A stretch of DNA of 64,000 nucleotides from Candidatus Hydrogenedentota bacterium (GTDB lineage Bacteria; Hydrogenedentota; Hydrogenedentia; Hydrogenedentales; SLHB01): contig BTWA01000015.1 in assembly GCA_045863295.1 (NCBI GenBank), positions 32,001-96,000 of the forward strand, given 5' to 3'. Position 1 is the stretch's first letter. The number at the start of each line of letters is the position of its first letter. The notes under the pieces were generated by a model. The model was not told the origin of the DNA. It worked only from the letters and a program-made list of their open reading frames with translations, and made no database searches. Position numbers and translations under genes: made by a program. Positions 41,549 to 51,200 of this stretch are shown piece after piece.

Positions 41549-41594
41549 AAGACCGGTAGTTTCTGAAACACGGAACAGCCGGTCTTTACTTTTT
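41549..41594 (+). terminator. Terminator-like hairpin after the tRNA
   Basis: AAGACCGG...CCGGTCTT followed by TACTTTTT. Confidence 0.5.
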
Positions 41595-41645
41595 GGCGTC
41601 GTCCTATCGTCGTACCAAAATTCGACCGGCAATGGAGAACCGGTC

Positions 41646-41993
41646 ATGAAACGCAATTTGTCCCTTGCAGTCTGCCTCGCGGCCCTCGCCACCCTCTCTG
41701 CTTGCCCCATCAAGAACGCCCCGGAGTTGACTTTGTCCTCGCCAGAGGCCGCTCAATTCCCTGTCCCGCCACATATTGACGCCATCATGGGTGAGCCCGT
41801 CTACGACGTGATTCAGCACGAAATTCGGTATACCATTCTTGGCCAACCGTCCCGGGGCCTGTACATCCGAAACGCCCGCGGCGGTGAGTGGGTCCTGGTG
41901 ACAGGATTCATCCTGGACGACGGGTCGGAACACAACGCGCTCCAGTTCTTCACGGAGCTCAGCCAGGACCTTGAGGAAGGGACGATACCGTAA
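41646..41993 (+). CDS. Small prophage lipoprotein (115 aa)
   Basis: GGAG RBS; MKRNLSLAVCLAALATLSA-C lipobox. Confidence 0.75.
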   Translation: MKRNLSLAVCLAALATLSACPIKNAPELTLSSPEAAQFPVPPHIDAIMGEPVYDVIQHEIRYTILGQPSRGLYIRNARGGEWVLVTGFILDDGSEHNALQFFTELSQDLEEGTIP

Positions 41994-42045
41994 AATCTAC
42001 CGTTTGGCATACATTGCGGGACTGCGATAGCGGGAGGGTTTGGGT

Positions 42046-43239
42046 GTGGCCTCATTGGAGTGGAAAAAGGACGGGCGGTGCTACATAGTCGTCAAACACA
42101 AAGGAAAACGCACGTACCACCCTATCCTGGATAAGAACGGAGAAAACCCGTCCAAGGCGCATGCACAGCAGCGACTAAAGGAGTTCATACACAAAGAGAA
42201 CAGGGTCTTTATGGGCCTGGACCCAACCCAGAAGTCCATGAGACAAACCATAGCCCAGCTAATTCCGGACTACCTGACGTTCGCGAAGGCCACCTACGTC
42301 AAAAACGGGGTGCCAACGTCGCAGTACGCAAACATCCAGATCGCCATCGATGCACTCAAGGTCACCCACGGCAGACTGCGAATGGTCGAGTTTACGCCGG
42401 ACCACCTGCGCGATCTGCAGATACGCAAATGGGCGCATTTATCCCGCCAAACCGTAGTCCACTACACGAACGCCGTGAAGGGGTTTATCAAATGGTGTAC
42501 GGCTGAACGCGGATTAAACCCCGACGTCTTGGCGCGTGTACGGGCGATGGCAACAACCCGCATTGGCCACGCCACCGACCCGATTCAGCCCGTGGACTGG
42601 GAACGCCAGGTGCTACCCATCAAGCCGTATCTATCCCAGGTGCTCTGGGACCTCATCGAAGTGCAGTACCTGACAAACGCTCGCCCTGGGGAGTGGCCAC
42701 AGGCCCGGCCGATGGACATTGACACGAAAAAAGGTACAACGGTCAACGGCGTACATGTCTGGACGTTCATACCGCCGTCCCACAAGACACAGCATCGAGG
42801 AAAGCCACGGGTTATCTTCGTAGGTCCCAAAGCCCAGGCGATTCTCCGGCCGTACCTGGTCCGCGCGAAAGACAAACCGCTGTTCAGTCCACTCGAAGCC
42901 ATCAAGCAAAAGCCAGCGCCTAAAGGACACCGGCGCCGGCTGCGCCAGAAGCGGAACGTGTCAGCCACAGACCGTCGCATTGGCGATGCCTACACCACGT
43001 CGGCATACTCCAAGGCCATCGCCCGCGCCGTGCGAGACTACAACGCCGACCACCAGGATGCCCCCGTCGACCACTGGCACCCAAACCAGTTGCGGCACAC
43101 CCGCACTACGGAAATCAGCGGGAAGCACTCCCAACAGGCCGCTGGCGCCGTCGCCGGCCACGCGCGATCCACGACCACGGACATCTACGACGAGGCTTGG
43201 GCGAAGCTGGCCGCCGAGGTGGCGGCGGAGGAAGGGTAA
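42046..43239 (+). CDS. int: Tyrosine recombinase / phage integrase
   Basis: NARPGE (R), HKT (K), PNQLRH (R; first His replaced by Asn), AGH (H), DIY (Y); GGGAGG RBS. Confidence 0.92.
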   Translation: MASLEWKKDGRCYIVVKHKGKRTYHPILDKNGENPSKAHAQQRLKEFIHKENRVFMGLDPTQKSMRQTIAQLIPDYLTFAKATYVKNGVPTSQYANIQIAIDALKVTHGRLRMVEFTPDHLRDLQIRKWAHLSRQTVVHYTNAVKGFIKWCTAERGLNPDVLARVRAMATTRIGHATDPIQPVDWERQVLPIKPYLSQVLWDLIEVQYLTNARPGEWPQARPMDIDTKKGTTVNGVHVWTFIPPSHKTQHRGKPRVIFVGPKAQAILRPYLVRAKDKPLFSPLEAIKQKPAPKGHRRRLRQKRNVSATDRRIGDAYTTSAYSKAIARAVRDYNADHQDAPVDHWHPNQLRHTRTTEISGKHSQQAAGAVAGHARSTTTDIYDEAWAKLAAEVAAEEG

Positions 43240-43317
43240 AAGCGGGCCCCACCACCCCCATTTTTCGAGCCTTGGGGCTCCGAAGCCTTGGCGTCTGTAA
43301 GATTATATAATTTCTGT

Positions 43318-43970
43318 ACTTACAAAAGCGCCTATGGTTTTTCAAAAGCGGACACAGCGCTGTTGGTCGCAAAATGCCGTCAAAGGCATGACGGTATACT
43401 GACGGTATAATTTTTTGGCTTTAGTCAAGGAGAAACCCGTGCAGATTCTGCATGGGTTGTGGGTGCATTTTCTGCACCTGTACCCATGCGAATTCTGCTT
43501 GGGTCGCCAAGAATCGGCGTGTACAGGAATATCCCCTCAATATACCGTCAAAATTGTGACGGTATATTTCTCCTTGTCAAGCACGGCGCTTCTGTTAAAA
43601 AACCACACCGGTAACCACATGAAATTAATTGACTTATGAAAAGCACATAGGCTTTTGAAAAAGCGATACAGCGCTTTTCGTCGCAATATGCCGTCAAAAG
43701 CGCGACGGTGTACTGGCGGTATAGTTTTGGCTTTGGTCAAGGAGAAACCCATGCAAGTTTGGCATGGGTACAGGTGCAGAATCTGCATGGGGTGTCACAC
43801 CGCCCAGGGAGGTGGAAGCCCTTTGTAAATACACCGTCATGCCACGTAGAATTTGCTCAATCGTTGCGCAACAATTGCGACGTAAGTAATTGAAAAATAA
43901 CCACATAATATACCGTCACGCATTTGACGGGGTATTGACGGGGGAATTTCTTGCCTGTAAGCCGTTGAAA
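43318..43970. repeat. Complex repeat lattice: ~140-bp diverged direct repeat, ~13 TGACGGTATA-like sites, five TGCA-N5-TGCA-like palindromes
   Basis: Direct repeat 43318-43456 versus 43632-43768; perfect 12-bp inverted repeat AATATACCGTCA-N6-TGACGGTATATT at 43539-43568. Confidence 0.9.
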
Positions 43971-44220
43971 CCACTTGACGTTGAATACAGTCCAATCAAC
44001 TGGTAGTGGTTAATACTGCCACCCAAGATATTGCGTTCAGTTAACGTTAACCACTAAATCATTGAAATTAAATCACTTGCGCAACAAGTACACATAGTGT
44101 AATGTACAATATAGATATGAGCGCAAGACTCGACCAAGCTGTTTATGGTCGAATTCGCTTTCAAAGGTGGTTTGTGTCTTAGTATTTGGGCCACCACTTT
44201 AGCTACGAGGATTGATTAAC

Positions 44221-44463
44221 ATGAGCAATTTCGTGTCAACTCCGAATGAACTGAGGTTCAAGAAGGAAGTGGAGCGCGCTTTGTGGGATGCATACGATGC
44301 CGGACAAGCATCGTTGATGTCGGATGTGCATTTCGATAAATCTGATTCTAAATCCGTAGCCACGCCATTTGAAGGAATTGGAAAATACTGGGTAGCTGTT
44401 GGAAATGTCATTAGAAAAGCGACGACCTCGTTCAAAGCGAGTCAGCAGTCGAGCGAAAAGTAA
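44221..44463 (+). CDS. Small hypothetical moron protein
   Basis: GAGGA RBS, AT-rich; W-x-AVG-x-x-IRKA segment resembling genes I recall upstream of DUF2335. Confidence 0.65.
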   Translation: MSNFVSTPNELRFKKEVERALWDAYDAGQASLMSDVHFDKSDSKSVATPFEGIGKYWVAVGNVIRKATTSFKASQQSSEK

Positions 44464-44980
44464 ATCTACTCTCAAAACATCTTCTCTTAAGACTCAGGTC
44501 CCTGAAGTCGTAGAAGGTGAGGTGAGGCGTGTGCCTAACCTAGCCAGGCCATTTGGAATAATTACTGCAACTCAAACTGAGATTTCGGGCCCAATACCAG
44601 ATCCGAAAGTGCTTGCTGAATACGGTAAAGTTGATAGTTCGTTTCCTGAACGAATAATGCAAATGGCTGAGCGTGAGCAACGATTCGACCACGATCAATA
44701 TAGGTTCTTGGCTAGTGGATTGGTTCGCAGTATACATATTGGCCAAGGCATGATCGGATTCATATGCTTAACTGGTCTGATTTGCGGCACCTTGGTAATT
44801 ATTTATGCAGATTCGGCGTTGGTCGGCACATTAATCAATGTATTGGCATTTATAGTGCCTGGAGTTTCTCAGTGGCTTCGGGAACGAAGCCGAAAGGAAC
44901 CTGCGGCTGATAAGCGTTTAAAGCAAGATGCATCAAAGAATAATGAATCTCAACCTGATGTAGGAAAAGAAGGCAGCTAA
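44405..44980 (+). CDS. DUF2335-like membrane protein
   Basis: SGPIPDPKVLAEY...FPERIMQMAEREQ followed by two TM helices; start uncertain. Confidence 0.8.
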   Translation: MSLEKRRPRSKRVSSRAKSKSTLKTSSLKTQVPEVVEGEVRRVPNLARPFGIITATQTEISGPIPDPKVLAEYGKVDSSFPERIMQMAEREQRFDHDQYRFLASGLVRSIHIGQGMIGFICLTGLICGTLVIIYADSALVGTLINVLAFIVPGVSQWLRERSRKEPAADKRLKQDASKNNESQPDVGKEGS

Positions 44981-44994
44981 TTGAGAACCGCCCT

Positions 44995-45240
44995 TCACGG
45001 CGCTGCCGCCTTCAGCTTAGGCGCCTTCCGCTTCTCCTGGTCCTCCCGGTCTTGTTCCATCCTGGGTGGCTTGTCCGCATTCCTCACCTGGTCGTTGAGT
45101 TGCTTATCCTTGATAAACGGTGCGACTGACCCGCGTACCCCTTGAAGGACAACATAGTTGTTGTACGCTTCGGCCCGCGCCAGGATCTCCGCCCACTCGG
45201 CCGGATCCCCTTGCCCTGTCTGCCGGAGGCGGTTGCCTAT
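44995..45240 (-). other. Orphan second copy of the giant protein's C-terminal segment, in the -1 frame
   Basis: PAEWAEI...N...Q..RG...PFI...N...PR.E..R aligns by eye with the last ~75 aa of the 3082-aa ORF. Confidence 0.6.
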
Positions 45241-48200
45241 TTTGCCCAGGCCGGTCTGAAGTTGAAATCCGGCATCTTCTGTGGGACGTCTTGGTCGCGC
45301 GTCTTTTCGCTTCTGGGCGCTTCTTCCATGTTGTTTATCCAACGTCGGACCGTGTCCCCCGTAATGAACGGTACAAGTCCTTTCCGGTACTGTTGCGCAT
45401 TGATTTGAGCGTTCACTGTCCGGATATCCTCCTGGATATCCTCCCACGATTCAGGCGGGTTGTCGCGCTTCAATGAGTACCGTTTCACGCGATCGCGGAT
45501 ACGGTCCTTTATGCCCGTCCCGTCTTGGTTGGAATAAAGCCTCTGGATCGTGCCTTCGTCCCAGAGAATCTCACGCTTCTCGGAAATCTCGGCCGGGTTG
45601 AATCCAGCCGACCGGAGCAAGGTCGCATACAACGAAGGTTGAATCTGTTCCTTTCCAAAGAACACTGGCGACCCGTTCCCCTTGGTGACCCCGTACATGT
45701 ACTCTCGGTATGCCTTGAAAAGGTTGCTCGTGGCGCGTGGCCCGGCAAGCTCAGCGGCCATGGCAATATCGCCTCCGGCCGCTTTCTTTAACCCGGAAGA
45801 GACATCACCGACAGCTGCCATTGGAGCGCCGGCCAGTTCAAATACATTACCGGAGATCGCCGGCGTAAATCCGAGCGTTCCGCGCGCGTCGATGTTCAGT
45901 AGCCCGAGCGCGCCCGTGCGCACGACCCGCTCCGCTCGAACTCCAAACTTATTGGCTATCCACTCGTACAATGCGTAGTACGGTTCGTCGGGCGGCTCCC
46001 CTCCAAATGCGCGAAATGCCGCTCGAATAATTGGCTTCAGGATCATAGACGCGGCTCCGGCCACCACGCCACCTTCCAACCCAGCCACCATTATTGGAGC
46101 CACTGACAACCACAGAAGCGACGGCCAATCTCTTTTCTTAAGCGTGTGACCCAACAACTGTATGTGGTTTAACATGAACCCTTGAAATAAATAGGCGTTG
46201 CGCAAAACCTGCGGCGCTACACCGCCGCCACGCATCAGGTACGGCAGATTCTCCTTTCCGAACCGCGAATGGATCTTGTCGCTTATGTTCCGGGCCTCAC
46301 GAAATGCTTCATCTTTCTCCAATCCCTTCTTCCGGAGAATCTTGTATGTGGCCATGATAGTGGCGCCGCGGTTCAGTTGTTCCGCTTTGGAGAAGGGAAA
46401 CATAATCGTGTTGGTGGCCATGGTGTACCCGCGGCCAAGCGCGTTTACGTTACGGGTCATCTCTTGCGCGTAATCGTCATTGTCCCACCTGCGCCGTCGG
46501 ATCTCATCCAATATCTCACGGTCCTCTTCCGTAGCGGTACCTAACGTCCAATAGGCGGTGTACGCATTTGCGGCTTTGGCAGTGAGCATGCCCGCTGCCA
46601 CAATGTTGGTATCCGTAAGCGTGGCGATCCCGGGTGGCACAACCAATGCCAATGCAGAAAGGTTGTATGCGGCGGAAGACGGACTGGAAAGCATCTTGTA
46701 CGAGGTCAAACCCCGCAACACGCCCATAATACGTTCCAATTCCTCTTCATTTCGCAGCACCTCATGCAACAAGCTCATGGCTTCTTCGTATGCCAGCGGT
46801 TGTTTGGCGCTGCTTAATCGGCGTTCACGCACCTGGCGCCGGTATTCGCGGTAGAGTTGCAACCGTTCGTCGGCCTTCTCTTCCCTATCCATCTCGTCAA
46901 AGCCATCCGGCTTGTTTCGCTGAAAATACTGCTCCAAGGATTCTGTTGTTCCCATCACGACGTTCATGGCATCGCGTCGCATGATGGCCCGAGCGGATCC
47001 GGATGCGGCCGCCGCCGCCGTGCTCACTACCGCCCTGTACGCGTCTTCGTCATACCCAAGGTACACAGCCTTACCTTTGGCATCGTTCCGTCCAATCTTG
47101 CGAGAGCGGGATCCACGGCTGTGCAACACGTCGGCCAGTCCTTGTGCCACCCCTTGGGTGTACAAGCTCACAAACGCACTATTCACGGAATGGTGGGAAA
47201 ACCGGGACAGGATATCTCCCTGCAGTCCCCTATTGGGCCGTTCGAAATGCCACACACCCGGATCGTTTTCAGTCAGTCCAAGCTCGGCCCGAGTCGAGTC
47301 AGACTCCTTTCCGTACCGGTGCCCGCCGAACTCCATCATGATCCGATCATTCGCCGGCGTCTTCGGCGCGACAATCACCAGGTGGCGCTCGCTCTTTCCG
47401 TCCTTCCGCTTGTACTTGACGACCTGTGCACGCATGCCAAGGCTTTCGAAACTGGCCTCGTCGTTGGTGGATTCGCGGACCCGGTCTATGGCTGTCTCGA
47501 ACACCTCGTTCAGATTAGCGATGTCTAACTCGCCAAATACCTTTTCTGATGGCTTGTTTGTTAACCGGTTTTCCGTCTCATACCCGCGCGCATGCAATAC
47601 CGCCTTGCCAACGGCCCGGCCAATCTTCGTATCGTAATGCTGCCGGCGTGGGTTTTCACCCTCCTTTTCAGCGAACAAATGGTATCGTCCGTCTTTTCGT
47701 ATTCGCGGCATGTAGTGCCCGCGACGGTCCCCCATCCGCTTAAGCGCCTCACGCAACGTCAGTATTTCACGGCTGCCGTCGTCGTTATAGATAGATGTCG
47801 TACCCTCCGGCTCCCCATTTTGCCGGCGCAACTCTTCCGCGACCATGACATCATTGGCGAAGATGTTGTATACGTTCCCGTTCATGCGGCGAACCGCCAA
47901 CAACGCCCTGGCCGCGCGTTTCGAATGACCAGCCGCCTTATAATCGTGCGATTCTCTCACCCAGGCATTGTCCCAAGCCTCTTGCTCATTACTAAACCGG
48001 GCCAGTTCCCGCCGTTTGCCGTTCTCGTCCGGCATGGAAAGCACAACGTACTTGCCGTCTTCGTCTTTTACCAAGTACCCTTCGCCATTTCGGTCCCGTT
48101 CAAATAAGTACTGGTTTAGAGCCTTGTACTCCTTCCGGATGCGCGACCAAGCTGCATTCGGTGCCTTGACATCACTGGGTGTCACCATGGCGATCGCGCG

Positions 48201-51200
48201 CAGATGGGACAGTTCCCCGTCCGGCCCAAGTCCCCCTGTCACAAATTCCACCAGGTCCACAGCGTTGTCACGCATCCGATCGATGATGCCCCAAAGCTCC
48301 TTCAACTGCGGTACCTTCTCAGCATTCCAGAGGGGCGTGCCGGCAATCTGGCTGATAAGCCCGAGCTCCGGCCGACCGTCTGTATCGCTAAAAGCGGCGC
48401 GGATGGCGGCAGCAAGTTCCTTCGCCTTCCCGAATACTTTCCAGGCCCAGGCCTTAGAAGAGTCCGCCTGTTCCTGTTGCTTCGCGGTCATGGCGGGCCC
48501 GTAGACCACCGAGAACATCGGCCCTTGCGCGTCCGGCCCTTCCGTGGTATCATCTTTTTGGAATCCCGTCCGCTGAGAGTCCGGAATCATTGAGGCGGAG
48601 GGCGTCGCGCTGGGGTTCTCCGGAGTCCGCCCAGTGGCATTCCTTTCCCGCTCCACCCTCATATTCCACTGCAGTTCGTTATCATCCAAGGGAAAATCGG
48701 CATCAACGTCTCGTAACCTATTCCCAACCGAGAACATCGGCCCTTGCGGATCTCCGCTTTCCGTGGTATCATTTTCTTGGAATGGCGCTTGCCGAGATCC
48801 CGGAATCGTTGAGGCAGGTGTCGCCGGGTTGGGGTTCTCCGGGGTTCGCCCAATGCCGTTTCTCTCCCACTGAATTCGAAAGTTTCCCTGTTTACCGGGT
48901 CCCTTGGTTCCATAAGGGAATTGCGTTATCAATCGTCCTCCCGGTATGCCCTGATCTACCACCTGCCCGTCCTTGCTGACGACAACCATATGCTTCGTAT
49001 TGTCGTTGTACTCCCGCACATAGATGTCGTTGCCAGATTCTGGATCCCGCAATACTGCCGCTGCATTTTGAAGTGTATTAGGCACATTTGGAAGCCACTT
49101 GGCTTTGGATAGATCGAGTGACTTCTTTGAGTTATCCCAAATGAGATGCTTGACACGCTTCGCCAAAGAGCCTTCCTCTGTATTGTGAAGCAACACTGCA
49201 GTGCCATCGGCGGCGGAAATCGTCTCCGGCCAAGACATGAACTCACGCCCGGCTCGTTCGATAACCTTCGCAGGAACCCCGGTAATGTCCAGACTTCTAG
49301 GCTTTACGTCGTCCACCGGGAAATCCTTCGTATCCCGAAGTCGGTCCCCAACCGAGAAAGCCGCGCCTATGCCCTTCATCCCCGGCTTTCGGGCAAACAG
49401 CCTGCCATTCCGGAATTCCAGTTCCGCATTGATGCCGGCCACGATCGCGCCGTTACCGCGCAACCGCGCAAACAGCCGGCGGAAAAGCATCTGGATACGC
49501 CTCAGAATTCCCGGCCGCGTTTGAAGCGCTTTCGCAATCCTCTCTTCCTGTTGCTTGTGATATTCGGCGATTTCCTCTTTGGTTGCGGTATCGCCTGGGA
49601 CCGGAATGTCCCCTGCGTACTTCCCAGCCAACGCAGACCACTCGGCATCCGTGAATAAACCCAGAGCGCGCGCCCAATGTAACAATTCATGCCGCAATGT
49701 GTCGGTCGGTAACTGGCCCGCTTCGTTCGCAATTAATATTAGATCGGCCGCGTCAATCCGGTTACCCTGACCATCCTCTAATTCCACAGCCTTAAAGTAA
49801 CCGGCAATACCCATTTCCCGAAGTTCGGCGTCCGACTTGTCTTTTAACTCATGGTTGGTCTTCCGAATTTTGTTCAGGTAACTCGGCGTCGGGTAGATCA
49901 TGTCGACGACGCGCAGTAAAAGCGTGGACCCGTTCTTGGCGGTTATCTCAAACTCCCCATCCACTTCGCGTACCGTAGCGCCTGGAAGCGCCCGCAGTAT
50001 GTCTTCCTGGGTCAGTTGTCCGGAAGGCGCTGTGCGCAAATCCCCGCGGTAAGCAGCATCCATTCTTGCCACGGAGAACATATCCGGCTGTCCGCCCTTT
50101 TCCGGTTTCGGTCCACGATCAGCCTTGGAATCATCGAATAATGCCGTCTGCTCCTGCCCCTCCAATTCATCCAGGAGCGCGTCCACTTCCTCTGTGGGCC
50201 GTTCAGTGCGCTTCAAGACATCACGCTGCGCGCGAACCTTCTCTGCGGCCTTGGACTTGCTCCCATACAGACGTATTGCATCCTGGGCGTCCTGGGAAAG
50301 CGTTGTAGCCGGTTCCGGTACAACTTCCTGGAGTTCTTTGTCCTGCCGTGGCTTTGCGTCCGCAGTCCTGGATCCCGGCTTCGGCGCTGACGTTTTTGCC
50401 GCTTTCTGTTCGCTTTTCGCGTCAGGTTTATTGGCTGCGGCTTTAGCCTCGTTTACTTTAACCCGGTCGGCCTCTTGTTGCTGGTATTCCTCTAACGCAT
50501 ACGGATACAGATCCGATGAAGTCTTGACGATCTCGACTCCTTCAAAGCCCTGGCCATCGTCCAAGCTGATTCGTTCGCCATCAAGCAATTCAGTACCGCC
50601 CCACGGCTCTTCATCGGCCCGGTACCATTCACCGTTCCTGTAAACCAAGTCGCCAGTAGCCAACTCATCTTCGGTCAACAACTGGGGATCGGAGAGTTTT
50701 AGAGACGCAATCTCCTGCTTAGCCCGCTCTTCGGCCGTCTTTTGCGGTTGTCGGCTGTCATACTCCTGGTAGGATTTCTCAATCTCCTTGTCAGTGGCTT
50801 CACGCGCTCGTCCGAGAAACAACCTGCGCAACTCAGAGGGATCCGCATCCGTTCGCAACAATCCCATCTCCGCCGCTTCCTGAATCGCCTCGTCCCATGT
50901 GTACATCCCGTCTTTACGGATCACTCCGGGCGGAAAACCAAAGTTGCGGGCCTCGGGCGCGCCGAAATCGTCCGCCGTCAAGTCTGTAGGCGGTTTTAAG
51001 CCGGCATCCCGGATCGTATTGCGAAATTCCTGCAAAGGTGTGGCCGCGCTTGGACGCTTTCGTCCTCTTGACCGTCCGATTGCTTCAACCAGTTCCGCTT
51101 GAAGGTCGGCAATCCGTTGTACCACGGCCTGGTGCGCCTCGGACGCTTTACTACCCTGTGCCTTGGCGAGCTTACGCGCGCGTTTTCTGGCGGACTTCAA

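Noticed and set aside
41490..41645. N-terminal extension of the lipoprotein ORF
   Set aside because: It overlaps the tRNA; ATG 41646 has an RBS and begins a signal peptide.
43415..43906. Short ORFs in the track (VQILH/MQILH peptides)
   Set aside because: They are translations of the palindromic DNA motifs on both strands and have no protein-like features.
43318..43970. CRISPR array
   Set aside because: No constant repeat with unique equal-length spacers; the motifs are short, of mixed orientation, and there are no cas genes in the window.
48508..48870. Diversity-generating retroelement TR/VR pair
   Set aside because: Differences between the copies are not adenine-specific, both copies are in frame within one gene, and no reverse transcriptase is visible.
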